Of a stretch of DNA of 57,569 bases, positions 38,154 through 47,864 are shown one piece after another. Position 1 is the first letter of the stretch. The number at the start of each line of letters is the position of its first letter. Made by a program: the position numbers and the translations under genes. The DNA lies in the IMG/VR virus record IMGVR_UViG_3300029787_000051, positions 1-57,569 of that record; one strand, given 5' to 3'. The notes beneath the pieces were generated by a model. That model searched no databases, was not told the DNA's origin, and worked only from the letters and a program-made list of their open reading frames with translations. Origin of the DNA: a virus. Its lineage: Duplodnaviria > Caudoviricetes.

Positions 38154-38891
38154 TTATGCCGTTTGACTAAACGCAAATGAGTTTCTACTCCGCACAATCT
38201 GCTTAGATAATATAGCAGGAGGTTGGTTTAAAAGGAGTCTCCTCATGTCCTCAATCCCATCTTCAAATGCTTTTTCATGTACAGCAGCCGCTTGATTATT
38301 TGTTCTATAGCGCATAAGGTACATCATAGCACCATCTATAATTACATGCTTATACCTATCTGGTATTTTTGTTACAGAAGCAAATACATCCGTAAAATTA
38401 ATCATGTCACTTACTGGAAATGAAAAGTATTTATATTCTACGTTATATGTTTTGTCTGGTATCGGTGTAACACCAAACTTACCATCGGGGGTTGCATATA
38501 CAGAAAAAGGCACTGCATAATCACCAGCAGATGCCTCATCATCTCTAATTCTATAATGTTGTGTGTAATCATCAAAAGATATTTCTGCTAAAAATCTTGC
38601 ACTATTTCCTAGTGTATCATCTGATTTAAGAAAAAAACTTTGCCAATCAGCAGAAGAGTAATCTGATTGAAATGCATACTCGCCTGTGCCTACTACTAAA
38701 GTTTCTGTACGAGTAGTTGCTGTAAAGGGCCATTGTTGCCCTCTTTGTAAAACATAACGACATGCTGCATTAACAGCATCTTTAGCTAAAGTTTGCACAC
38801 TTTTTACGGTAGCGAAATCACTCTCACTAACTTCTACTTCATTAGCTCTGCGTAGTGTTTCGTTTGTTAATGTTCCAAATGTTTCAGCCAT
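38154..38891 (-). CDS. Head-tail adaptor / tail tubular protein A
   Basis: Start moved to ATG 38891 (AAGGA SD); WPF, P.PDK.Y.V.Y.Y, IPDRYKHVIIDGA. Confidence 0.78.
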   Translation of the reverse strand: MAETFGTLTNETLRRANEVEVSESDFATVKSVQTLAKDAVNAACRYVLQRGQQWPFTATTRTETLVVGTGEYAFQSDYSSADWQSFFLKSDDTLGNSARFLAEISFDDYTQHYRIRDDEASAGDYAVPFSVYATPDGKFGVTPIPDKTYNVEYKYFSFPVSDMINFTDVFASVTKIPDRYKHVIIDGAMMYLMRYRTNNQAAAVHEKAFEDGIEDMRRLLLNQPPAILSKQIVRSRNSFAFSQTA

Positions 38892-38908
38892 CGTAAATCC
38901 TTTAGGTA

Positions 38909-38940
38909 GAATGAGGGTGAGGCGAACCCCACCCCCACTC
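38909..38940 (-). terminator. 14-bp UUCG-capped hairpin after the capsid genes (partial terminator or mRNA stabiliser)
   Basis: gagtgggggtgggg-TTCG-cctcaccctcattc with G-U pairs valid on the - strand; no U-tract. Confidence 0.55.
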
Positions 38941-38947
38941 AAATGTG

Positions 38948-39439
38948 TTACGCAAGCGTATCACGATCAACTTCATCAGCAGCAGTGCTGCCAACATCAT
39001 CAATATCCATGCACACAGCATACATACGGATTTTTCCACCCGTAGTCGTACCTGTTTGAGCTTGGATAAGAATGTCAATGGTATCTTCTGCTGATACCAC
39101 AACAGTCGAACCCGCATTCACTGCTGAATACGCACCCACCGAAGCGGCATCAAAATCGAAGCCATCAACAAAGTTGTCAACGTCACCGCCCGTTACACCC
39201 ATATCTAACGCACAGTCAGTCGAAGTACCAGCGTGAGCTTCAGTAACTTCAAAACCAGCCGCTAAGATAACGGAGTTAGTAGGAACAGTGAGGCCCGGAA
39301 TTACGTCAGCAGCAGCAAGGGCAGTACCCTTATCCGTTACTGCTTGCGCAAAGTCCAGTTCATGTTGGATGAAATAAGGCTTACGCCCAATCCCACTCGC
39401 GTTACGTGCCACAGAAGTAGTGTTATCACCTAGTGCCAT
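38948..39439 (-). CDS. Capsid decoration / minor capsid protein
   Basis: Directly after MCP; small beta-rich protein; GGAGG SD. Confidence 0.65.
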   Translation of the reverse strand: MALGDNTTSVARNASGIGRKPYFIQHELDFAQAVTDKGTALAAADVIPGLTVPTNSVILAAGFEVTEAHAGTSTDCALDMGVTGGDVDNFVDGFDFDAASVGAYSAVNAGSTVVVSAEDTIDILIQAQTGTTTGGKIRMYAVCMDIDDVGSTAADEVDRDTLA

Positions 39440-39449
39440 AATACCCTCC

Positions 39450-40505
39450 TTATGAGCTTACTTGAGCCGTAACGATGGCCTCTGGACGCAGAATTTTGCG
39501 ACCATACAAATGCATACCACGAACAACATCAGCGAAGCTGTCCGGGTCACGATAGGTTTCCGTCTTATTGATTTGCTCTGCCGTAGCAACAGCGGAATCA
39601 TGCCCACCAATAATCATACCGTAGTTACTGGCATTAGAACCAGCAGTTGCTGGACCCGTACCAATAGAGGGTAGATTTTGGGAAACATATACCCGGAAAC
39701 CATGAAGGTTCTTAATTACAAGCGAATTGCGCAATCCACCAGACTCACCGAAGTCTGCATTAAGAAGGTTAGAATCCTCATCACGGAAAATTTCCATCAT
39801 AATAGAATTGATAACCAACCAACGCCCTGCTTGATCAACATTTTGTTGGTCAAGGAGTCGAGCCATACGAGCAATCAACGTCATGGGGGAAGTTACACCC
39901 GAACCCGGAGCCGTAGTACTGGCCGCTGGCGCACGTGCAACCATGCTTACAGAACTACCACCAGAACCACCGAAGTCACTTGCGTCAACTTTCATTGACC
40001 CAAGCAATTCATCGGAACCAGCCGTAGAAACAGCTTTACTACCATTAATCGTAGTATTAGCCGTATCTGCTGCACCATGAAGGGCAGATTGCTTAAATCC
40101 ACACATATAACCAAGAACATCTTGATCAAACTGATCAGCCAAGCGATAGGCTGCACGGTCTGATGCAAGGTCTTGGAAGTTTACATGTGAATGCGCTTCT
40201 TCAATATCGTCAACCTTAAAAGCAAAGTAGTTAGCTTTGTCGATGGTTAACGAAAAGTCCTCATCGTCAAGGTCTTGCGGAGTGATAGTAGTACCACGTG
40301 CGTAAGACTTAACGGTGATCTCAGGCTCTTTGATGATCTTAACGGAATCACCCATCTGGGCAATCTCGCCAAAATAATCAGAGTTCGTAACTTCTTCTAC
40401 AACAGAAGATTTACGAAAAGCGGTCTGGACCTGCTTAGAGTAGATAACTGGACTAAAGTTACCATTGGGCAGATTGCCATGACCCGCTGCTTTTGCGAAT
40501 GCCAT
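39450..40505 (-). CDS. Major capsid protein
   Basis: FSPVIYSKQV, GEI...GDSVKI, RDPDSFADVVRGMHLYGRKILRPEA. Confidence 0.93.
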   Translation of the reverse strand: MAFAKAAGHGNLPNGNFSPVIYSKQVQTAFRKSSVVEEVTNSDYFGEIAQMGDSVKIIKEPEITVKSYARGTTITPQDLDDEDFSLTIDKANYFAFKVDDIEEAHSHVNFQDLASDRAAYRLADQFDQDVLGYMCGFKQSALHGAADTANTTINGSKAVSTAGSDELLGSMKVDASDFGGSGGSSVSMVARAPAASTTAPGSGVTSPMTLIARMARLLDQQNVDQAGRWLVINSIMMEIFRDEDSNLLNADFGESGGLRNSLVIKNLHGFRVYVSQNLPSIGTGPATAGSNASNYGMIIGGHDSAVATAEQINKTETYRDPDSFADVVRGMHLYGRKILRPEAIVTAQVSS

Positions 40506-40529
40506 TTGTCACTCTCCTTACATTCGACA

Positions 40530-40685
40530 TATGCGGATTAGTATCCGCTATTTAACTATCAACTCCTAGAGGCCAAGTACATTTGTGGTAGAACAAGCAA
40601 TGATCAGTTACTTATTGGCACATGTATTCGGGTGTTCTTGAGTCTTCTTTATCCATACAGGTAATCCATATAGGGGCTGTATAAA
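40530..40685 (-). ncRNA. Structured 5' leader of the major capsid gene
   Basis: Several stems with asymmetric CC // (A/U)YAC internal loops, downstream of a promoter. Confidence 0.55.
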
Positions 40686-40694
40686 TTCTTTATA

Positions 40695-40722
40695 GTTATA
40701 TTGATATTAGTAGTAGTGTCAA
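40695..40722 (-). promoter_or_regulatory. sigma70-like promoter for the capsid gene
   Basis: TTGACA-N16-TATAAC. Confidence 0.6.
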
Positions 40723-40726
40723 TTAT

Positions 40727-41584
40727 TTACCTTGCACTACCTGAGACATCATAGATAAATTTACCATTACGAATTGCATCCATGATTTCACTTTGGTTTG
40801 CTTCGTATTCAACGGCAGACATTCTTTCAACATCTGACTCTTTAATAGCTCCAGCATTGCCCGTTGAATCTAGAGAAGTACGTGATCCTTTTGTTTTGAC
40901 ACTTTTAGCTGCATCTCTATTAGAACTAGTACTTTTTTTACCAGTTTTTTCAATATCAGATTTATATAAATCAATTGCTCTTGCCGCAGACTTAGCATCA
41001 CTAGCATTATCATAAAGAGCATCTTGTACCCATTTAGGTTGCTCATCTGCCCAATCGTGAAATGAATCATCTTCTCGTATCTGCGCAAAGTCTGGATGAT
41101 AAGTTAGCAACTCAACCTCTGCTTTTTCTTTTGCATTTTCATGTTTCATTTCGTTTAACTGCTCAAGTTGTTTCTCAATATCAGACTGTTGCTCTTTTGA
41201 TTTCTTTAAAGCAATAGTTTCAACTATAGCAGCTACATCGGGATATTCACTAGCCCATGCTTCAATCTCGTCATCAGACTTAGGCAACTTAATTTCTTTT
41301 TTTGCTGTAGTACTAAGTTGCTCCTCTAAAGCAGAGATTCGTTCTTTTAGTTCACCTTCAGTTTTTTGTGTATGTCTACGCAAGTCGCCATATCTTTTTT
41401 TAAAAGTTTTTTCTTCTGCGCCTTCTGGTTCTTCTTCAATAGTCTCTTCTTTTACTTCACCTCTTTGCACAGCTTTTAGTTCTTCTAGTTCTTCTTCTTC
41501 CATTGCAATTCGTTCTGCATTAGAATACTTTCTATTTTGTACGAAAGCTGATTTTACTTCTTCTATTTGTTCTAGTTCTGGCAT
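40727..41584 (-). CDS. Capsid scaffolding protein
   Basis: Acidic coiled coil; FKKRYGDLRRH, HPDF, F..W; upstream of MCP. Confidence 0.85.
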   Translation of the reverse strand: MPELEQIEEVKSAFVQNRKYSNAERIAMEEEELEELKAVQRGEVKEETIEEEPEGAEEKTFKKRYGDLRRHTQKTEGELKERISALEEQLSTTAKKEIKLPKSDDEIEAWASEYPDVAAIVETIALKKSKEQQSDIEKQLEQLNEMKHENAKEKAEVELLTYHPDFAQIREDDSFHDWADEQPKWVQDALYDNASDAKSAARAIDLYKSDIEKTGKKSTSSNRDAAKSVKTKGSRTSLDSTGNAGAIKESDVERMSAVEYEANQSEIMDAIRNGKFIYDVSGSAR

Positions 41585-41599
41585 CTTACTTCTCCTTTA

Positions 41600-41642
41600 C
41601 TGGGGCCACGTAGCTGTACATTGTACAGGGGTAGGTAGCCAG
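41600..41642 (-). ncRNA. Structured cis-regulatory leader of the scaffold gene
   Basis: Hairpin with two inverted CUAC//CC internal loops abutting the SD. Confidence 0.6.
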
Positions 41643-41670
41643 CATATGCAACATTATTGTTGCGAATTAT

Positions 41671-43326
41671 TTACCATCCTCCGTCTTCGCCGTCTGCGCC
41701 ACCATCGTCACTACTGCTAGTATCGCCACCATCGGAGGCACCACCATCATCGCCGCCGCCGTCACCTTGATCACCGTCATCATCAGGATTGCTACCTTGA
41801 CTAGCCGCAGCGTCTGCTGCGCTAGTGCCAGTAGTACCACTTCCCGGTCCACCACCATGTGGACTATCAGCGTCCGTTGTGGGGCCATCGTCTACAGCGT
41901 CTGAAGGATCAGGATCATCTGAGCGAGTACCATGAGATGGGTCCATGTCATCAACAACTGTATCTGGCTCAAAACCTTGATCAGTACCTAATGTGCTTGA
42001 GCCACCCATTCCACCGGGGCCAGTATCACCCGAATCATCATCATCATAAGTACCGTCAAAATCGAATCCTTTTCCAGCCGCAAGAGCTACGTCCATCTTT
42101 CGCTCTGCTTCTTTTTGTGCATAATAGTCAACCATTTTTTGACGTTCTTCTTTTTCTTCCTTTTCTTTCTCTTCTTTACTAGGCCCAAACAAGAAGCTAA
42201 AAAGCTGTCCTATTATAAATGCAGGAGCGAAAGCAATACCAAATACTTTGCTTGCAACAGTTGAAGCAATAGTACCTACTACCGTTCCTCTTCCTTTTCC
42301 AAATGGATCAGTAACAGCATCTTTTACATCCTCTATTTGACCACTAATAAAATTATCTAATGTTTGCGCAAGAGGAGAATCAGGCCCAAGCGCACCTCCA
42401 ATACCGGGACTACCATGACCCCCATACGGATCAGTAGCAGATGTATCAATACCACCAATACTAAAGTCACCTATTGGCCCACCCGGATCGTCATCAAAAT
42501 CTCCTCCAGTTGGGTTTTCTTCTTCAACTCTTGCCGTTGGTGTTCTAACATCTGTTGGAGTAGCTGCTGCTTGTTGCGCTTGTTCCACTTGTCCTTTTTC
42601 TATAAAACCTGTTGGGGGTGGATATATAGGTTTACCACTTACATGGGGTATGTACATAGTCTCGCCAGTTTCGGGATTTACATATTCTGTTACTGAATAT
42701 CTTTGTTGTTGAGCAAATCCTGTTCCGATTAATTGATTAAAACTAGGTTGAGCTTGATTTTGTTTTTGTATATTTGAATAGTCAACTACAGGCGCACGGG
42801 TCGTTGCAGTATTTGTTCTTCCTGAGAATCTGTTTGTCGTAGTTCCCGTGGTAGGTGCAAACTGTGATCGTTGCGTTGTCAATCCACTACCAGTACCAGC
42901 AGATATACCACTTGGAGTTGTTGTGGTAGTTCCTCTTGCTGTTGCTTTTGGTGAAGGAACAGTAGCAGGTTTTACTAATGCGGTAGGGGATTGCGGAAGC
43001 TGCACTGTTGGGTTATTTGGTAAGTTTACCATTCCACCTGTGTTCATAGGGGTGCCGCCCATTTGCCCCATATTTTCCATCTGCTGCAAGCCTTGTTTAG
43101 CTTTATTACGCATATCCATTAAAGCATCTAGACCATAATATCTTGTTACATCAGCAGGAAAAACAAATTCTCCATGACTTAATTGTGCAGGAATATCATC
43201 ACGAACTTCTTTTTGGGTAGAACCAATAGGTACTTTATTACCTGATACAGGATCAACTGTACCTCCTTGATCACGCAACCCTCCAACTGCAAACAATTCC
43301 ATTTGCTCATGTAAAGAACCAGCCAT
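41671..43326 (-). CDS. Head-module protein with DDIPA-LS-GEFV domain and D/G-rich tail
   Basis: FAVGG...DDIPAQLSHGEFVFPADV; lies between portal and scaffold. Confidence 0.75.
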   Translation of the reverse strand: MAGSLHEQMELFAVGGLRDQGGTVDPVSGNKVPIGSTQKEVRDDIPAQLSHGEFVFPADVTRYYGLDALMDMRNKAKQGLQQMENMGQMGGTPMNTGGMVNLPNNPTVQLPQSPTALVKPATVPSPKATARGTTTTTPSGISAGTGSGLTTQRSQFAPTTGTTTNRFSGRTNTATTRAPVVDYSNIQKQNQAQPSFNQLIGTGFAQQQRYSVTEYVNPETGETMYIPHVSGKPIYPPPTGFIEKGQVEQAQQAAATPTDVRTPTARVEEENPTGGDFDDDPGGPIGDFSIGGIDTSATDPYGGHGSPGIGGALGPDSPLAQTLDNFISGQIEDVKDAVTDPFGKGRGTVVGTIASTVASKVFGIAFAPAFIIGQLFSFLFGPSKEEKEKEEKEERQKMVDYYAQKEAERKMDVALAAGKGFDFDGTYDDDDSGDTGPGGMGGSSTLGTDQGFEPDTVVDDMDPSHGTRSDDPDPSDAVDDGPTTDADSPHGGGPGSGTTGTSAADAAASQGSNPDDDGDQGDGGGDDGGASDGGDTSSSDDGGADGEDGGW

Positions 43327-43327
43327 A

Positions 43328-43537
43328 TTATTCTCCGTTTACTTCTTCTCTGATATATTTTAATTTACGCATAGCTGCAATTGCACCTTGCATTCTATGT
43401 ACCTCTACAAGATCAGTAGATTTTTCTAATGATATTTGGTACAACTTAATTGTTTCATCAAGATAGTCGAATAAACCATTTAGTAATTTAGTATTACTGA
43501 CTAGGGGCTTGAGGGGGCTGAGTACTTTCTTGTCCAC
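43328..43537 (-). CDS. Small conserved protein after portal
   Basis: GGAGG SD before GTG 43537; HRMQGAI..MRKLK pattern. Confidence 0.7.
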   Translation of the reverse strand: MDKKVLSPLKPLVSNTKLLNGLFDYLDETIKLYQISLEKSTDLVEVHRMQGAIAAMRKLKYIREEVNGE

Positions 43538-45653
43538 CTTGTCCTCCAGCATTACCACTAAAGCCTTGCTCACCGGGAACTGGAGCTTGTCCAGTACCCA
43601 TCATTCCACCACCAGCACCAGTAGGATCAGTTGGGTTTACTCCGGGCGGCGGCGGGGGTCCACCAGATGCAGGAGCATTAGGGTCTTGCCCCATATCTCC
43701 TCTAAATGCTTTTAATAACTCTGCTTGAACAGCAGCTTCATCCATATTATTTGTAACCTTATCTGGGTCTAAGTCCATTGATTTTGCTATTTCACGAATT
43801 ATATAATTAAACTTAGCAAATGGAGCTAGGGCAGGATTACTTGCTACACCCAAGAATTGCATTAGCCGTTGACTACGCACTTCATTAGCCATAAGACTTT
43901 CTGTTCCACGTGAAATTACTTCTAAGTCTCCTCGTATCTCAGGATTAAAATTAAACTGCATATTGAATCTATATAGCCCTTCTCCTAATGGTCTAAGAAG
44001 ATAGTCATCTATGTTTTTAATTACAGTTTTAATTGATCCCGTAGCAGCGTTCATAAGCATACTTATGCCAGAGGCGGTACGTCCTACACCTGTTACACCC
44101 GTTTGACCATGTGCAAAGGATGGGAACCCTGTGCTTTCATCTGCTAGTACTCTAGCTTTGTCAAATAGCTGCATGTTTTCGCCAGCGACATTTGGGAACT
44201 TAGTTCCAAAAATAGCTTGCCCCGGCGCACCGCCCTGTCTACGGAATATTTTTCCGGGATAAACAGAGAGGTCTTGACCGGGAACCAAAGATGTCTCATC
44301 AATTTCAATTAACAAATTACCCGATAACACGGCATTATCTACAGCCATCCTCATAAATCCATTCATAAGAGTTTGGGTATCATCCATATTCTCTGCAATC
44401 CCCACACCAAAGAATGAATAAGGATTAAGCTCATAAGGAACTGCCATATAAGGTATGTTGGCAGGTTTAAAAGGATTGAGTACCATCCTAATAACTTTAT
44501 CTTGGCATACCCATATATTAGTTTGTAACTCATCATAATCTTCTAGCTCTTTTGGTATCTTTATATCATTATCTAAAAGCATCTCTACATCGCAATTGCC
44601 CCAGTACTCCAGTACTTCAAATCTAGATATACCATGATCTGGCGCATAATCGCTTAAGTCTTCTTCCCAGTATTTTTTATCGTAAGATTCTCCAGATTTA
44701 ATAATATCATCAATTATATTAGCTCTAAAGTGAGGACGCTTTTTTAAATCTCTTAGTTGTGACCGACTCATCTTATGACGTTCAATTACGTATTGTGCCT
44801 CATCCATACTTGTCGCGTCAGGATCAGGATAAAAATCCCACACACTTACATGGCTAGTACTAGGAACTGTTTTAAATAAAGGCGTGTATTCGCCCTCCTC
44901 GTCCCAATTTGCATATTCTTTATCAATAGCAAATGGACCTTTCATAACTCCTGTTCCAAATAATGCCATCTCAAATGCTAAACTACGTAGCTGCTTAGAT
45001 GCACCACTTTCCTGTAGCTGATCCATAATTTGTTTTTCCATCATCTTTGCAGCAATCAGTGCAGGAGAGAATGCAATAGCTGTAGGAGTATCCCCAGAAC
45101 CTTGCTCAAGGGTTTCAATATCTTCTAACTTATCTTTTAATGGTCCCAGTTTATCAGTTAGACTTCTAAATGTAGCTCCCGGCTCAAGAGTTTTCCCATC
45201 CCCATTATATCCAAATGGGGAAGTCTCCTCTTCTTCTTCTTCCTTATTTTCTTGCAACTCAGGGGGAAGTTTTGGATCAAAGTGTACATCTTTAGCCACA
45301 CCTTCTGGTAGCTCAGTGGGTTCAATACTTATAGGAAATTTATTTCCTGCAAATAGAACGTCAACAATTTGTCCATATGCGGCTAATGTTTTTGTTTTAG
45401 TTACTTTAATAAATACTCTAGACTTTTCTGATTCAGTAAATTGCACATCGGGACCATATAATCCTCTATAGTTTCTATAGGCTTTTAGCCACCGATCTTC
45501 GTCATTCCATCTATAGTCTTCTGATTTATTAAACCTTTCTTTTATAAAAGGAATAATATTATGTGCGCCTGTATCATCTAAATCACCAAGCTCTGCAACA
45601 TCATCTAATGCTACAACTTCATCATCTAAAGTAATTTCATCATTATCAGCCAT
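43494..45653 (-). CDS. Portal protein
   Basis: 719 aa after TerL; FYPDPDA, VLEYWG, SFFGVGIAE. Confidence 0.9.
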   Translation of the reverse strand: MADNDEITLDDEVVALDDVAELGDLDDTGAHNIIPFIKERFNKSEDYRWNDEDRWLKAYRNYRGLYGPDVQFTESEKSRVFIKVTKTKTLAAYGQIVDVLFAGNKFPISIEPTELPEGVAKDVHFDPKLPPELQENKEEEEEETSPFGYNGDGKTLEPGATFRSLTDKLGPLKDKLEDIETLEQGSGDTPTAIAFSPALIAAKMMEKQIMDQLQESGASKQLRSLAFEMALFGTGVMKGPFAIDKEYANWDEEGEYTPLFKTVPSTSHVSVWDFYPDPDATSMDEAQYVIERHKMSRSQLRDLKKRPHFRANIIDDIIKSGESYDKKYWEEDLSDYAPDHGISRFEVLEYWGNCDVEMLLDNDIKIPKELEDYDELQTNIWVCQDKVIRMVLNPFKPANIPYMAVPYELNPYSFFGVGIAENMDDTQTLMNGFMRMAVDNAVLSGNLLIEIDETSLVPGQDLSVYPGKIFRRQGGAPGQAIFGTKFPNVAGENMQLFDKARVLADESTGFPSFAHGQTGVTGVGRTASGISMLMNAATGSIKTVIKNIDDYLLRPLGEGLYRFNMQFNFNPEIRGDLEVISRGTESLMANEVRSQRLMQFLGVASNPALAPFAKFNYIIREIAKSMDLDPDKVTNNMDEAAVQAELLKAFRGDMGQDPNAPASGGPPPPPGVNPTDPTGAGGGMMGTGQAPVPGEQGFSGNAGGQGGQESTQPPQAPSQ

Positions 45654-45663
45654 TTATTTTTCC

Positions 45664-47226
45664 TTAATACCCAAATGTTTGGTCTGCTGGATTGTACGTG
45701 TTTTGCTTAGTAGCACTAGGATCATAGTCAAATATGCTAAATCGTGGTCTACTCATAATACCATAACGCAAAGCATCATAAATATGGTCTTCAGATTTAG
45801 TATCTACGTCTTCTGGATTTTTCTTATCAAGAGGTATAGAAGGTATCTGAGCAATTGTATTTACACAATTTTCAAAGAATACTAATCTAGGTTCGTCGGT
45901 GAACTCATCAACTTGTAGTCTTCTATGTACTTCATTCTTACCTGATACCCTACTACCTTTACTCCTATCAGAAGGTCGCCAGCGGCATCCTTTCTGTATC
46001 ATCTGTTCTGCTAGAGAAGGACCAGTATCGCCACGCCTATGCCAAAGACTACTATCCAGAACCCCATAACGTATTTGTCCATCGGTTTCTTCAATCTCGT
46101 TAATCATGTCAGCTAAGTCTACTGCTAACACTTTAGATACATATAACTCTCTATATACAATTAATTGTTCAGATGGTGAAACAGCAAACCAAAGAACAGC
46201 ACTGTATGACCCATATCCGTAGTCGCATGAACGGAAGCGAATCCAGTTATGCGGTATATCGAAAGGCTCAACAACATGTATTTCCCTGTTAAACTCTGTA
46301 AAAGCAGCACCTTCTTTAATATCCCAATCACCTTCTAGTAATTGTTTCCTTTGCGTTTCCGGGAGAGATAGTAGCATAGCCTCATAATCCCCTGCTTGCG
46401 ATAGATAGGGATTGTCAAATAGCCTTGCTGGTATAAATCTCCTTTTAAATAAAGGTTCCCCTTCTCTGGAGTGACCTTTAGGATATCGTAGTTCTGTGCC
46501 TGTTTCAATGTCCGTAGCCCAAAACGATTTGTTATGTGGCGCAGGATCAATAAACATCTTCTTAACCCATCCATGTCCTATACCTCCGGGGTTTGTTGTT
46601 GCCCTCATATAGACGGGTAAATCAGTTGCAATGGAGCGTAGACGAGAGCGCATATAATTCCATGCAAATGGTGTGGGCCATTGAGTCAACTCGTCAAAAC
46701 CTATCCAGCTAAACGCTAGACCCTGATAACGCAAGACATCATCTTCTCTGTCGAGATATGACATCCACAATCTTGCGCCAGAAGGTGCGGTCCATTGCAT
46801 TTTTCTTTCCGACCATTTTATTCCGGGCCAAATCTTGGGGTATAACTCCTGTGACTTCCATATCAACTCTCTAAGTTCTTCTGTTGTGTGACGTAGTAAA
46901 AGCCCACTAAAGGAGGGATGCCCCATGTACCTTAGAGGGTCTGCTAACATAGCGTATGATTTACCGCCACCTGCTGACCCACCATAAAGTACTTCTCGTT
47001 CAACAGCCGCTAGAAAACTTGTTTGCGGCCCCGGATTAGGCTGAAAGATAACATTATGTGTTTCTTCTATATCTTCTGGTATATTTAAAACTTCTTGTAC
47101 TTCGGTACTATCTTGCTTTGGCACCGATTCTTTTTTCTTCGATGCCTTGCGCCGTTTGGATCGCGTCTTGCGCGACTTCGGCAATCCTTCTGAGAGTTCT
47201 AACTTTGTTCTGGTTCTGCTTGCCAT
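45664..47226 (-). CDS. terL: Terminase large subunit (true start possibly downstream)
   Basis: YGGSAGGGKS Walker A, IGFDE Walker B, TTNPGG, DYGY, EDHIYDALRY. Confidence 0.95.
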   Translation of the reverse strand: MASRTRTKLELSEGLPKSRKTRSKRRKASKKKESVPKQDSTEVQEVLNIPEDIEETHNVIFQPNPGPQTSFLAAVEREVLYGGSAGGGKSYAMLADPLRYMGHPSFSGLLLRHTTEELRELIWKSQELYPKIWPGIKWSERKMQWTAPSGARLWMSYLDREDDVLRYQGLAFSWIGFDELTQWPTPFAWNYMRSRLRSIATDLPVYMRATTNPGGIGHGWVKKMFIDPAPHNKSFWATDIETGTELRYPKGHSREGEPLFKRRFIPARLFDNPYLSQAGDYEAMLLSLPETQRKQLLEGDWDIKEGAAFTEFNREIHVVEPFDIPHNWIRFRSCDYGYGSYSAVLWFAVSPSEQLIVYRELYVSKVLAVDLADMINEIEETDGQIRYGVLDSSLWHRRGDTGPSLAEQMIQKGCRWRPSDRSKGSRVSGKNEVHRRLQVDEFTDEPRLVFFENCVNTIAQIPSIPLDKKNPEDVDTKSEDHIYDALRYGIMSRPRFSIFDYDPSATKQNTYNPADQTFGY

Positions 47227-47506
47227 TCTTAATACGTTTCATTAAACCTACATGCGAGATTGTACGGCCTGTCTTATTTGTAAGCCAGTTCGCAACTTGT
47301 CTATATGAGTACTGTTTAATATGATCCTTTGCGGCATCAAGGCAATCCAATTCAAAAGAGATTGGTTGCAGTAAATTTTCGTTGTCTTTATCCAATTCAT
47401 ATCCAAACGGAATAACCCTCGCTATTTTTGGCACAGGTAGCCACTCATTATCCTCTTGTATATCTAGAGGTTGCGGTAACTTCCATTTTCCAATCGACTT
47501 ACGCAT
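47108..47506 (-). CDS. Putative DNA-binding protein (recombinase-HTH-like)
   Basis: IPFGY...SYRQVANWL...ISHVGLMKR. Confidence 0.7.
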   Translation of the reverse strand: MRKSIGKWKLPQPLDIQEDNEWLPVPKIARVIPFGYELDKDNENLLQPISFELDCLDAAKDHIKQYSYRQVANWLTNKTGRTISHVGLMKRIKNGKQNQNKVRTLRRIAEVAQDAIQTAQGIEEKRIGAKAR

Positions 47507-47864
47507 TGTCTTTCGGAGGGAGAAGCATTACGCCACCCTTACTTTCGACTTGTATTTTCTCTGTTTTAATTAGGCCAGTACGATCTAATATCTCTTTAGC
47601 GGCATTCATTTTTTCTTTTATGCCTAATTCAGTGGGATCAACTATACCGCCCACCATTGCTGCTGCTGCTCTTGGCGCATTGCCAGCTAAAAACTCTTGC
47701 GTCTTTTCCATAATCTCGTCTTTAAGACTACTTATAATATCACCTGTTGATGTAGTTGCGGCATATCCCGCCATACGTTTTGCTTCGTTAATGTCGCCAT
47801 TAGCGTCATCAAACAAGACACTGAGAAAAATTTTTTGTTTATCAGTCAGTACTCTATTAGACAT
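47499..47864 (-). CDS. Probable terminase small subunit
   Basis: LTDKQKIFL...A...AGY HTH; AAKEILDRTG. Confidence 0.7.
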   Translation of the reverse strand: MSNRVLTDKQKIFLSVLFDDANGDINEAKRMAGYAATTSTGDIISSLKDEIMEKTQEFLAGNAPRAAAAMVGGIVDPTELGIKEKMNAAKEILDRTGLIKTEKIQVESKGGVMLLPPKDNA

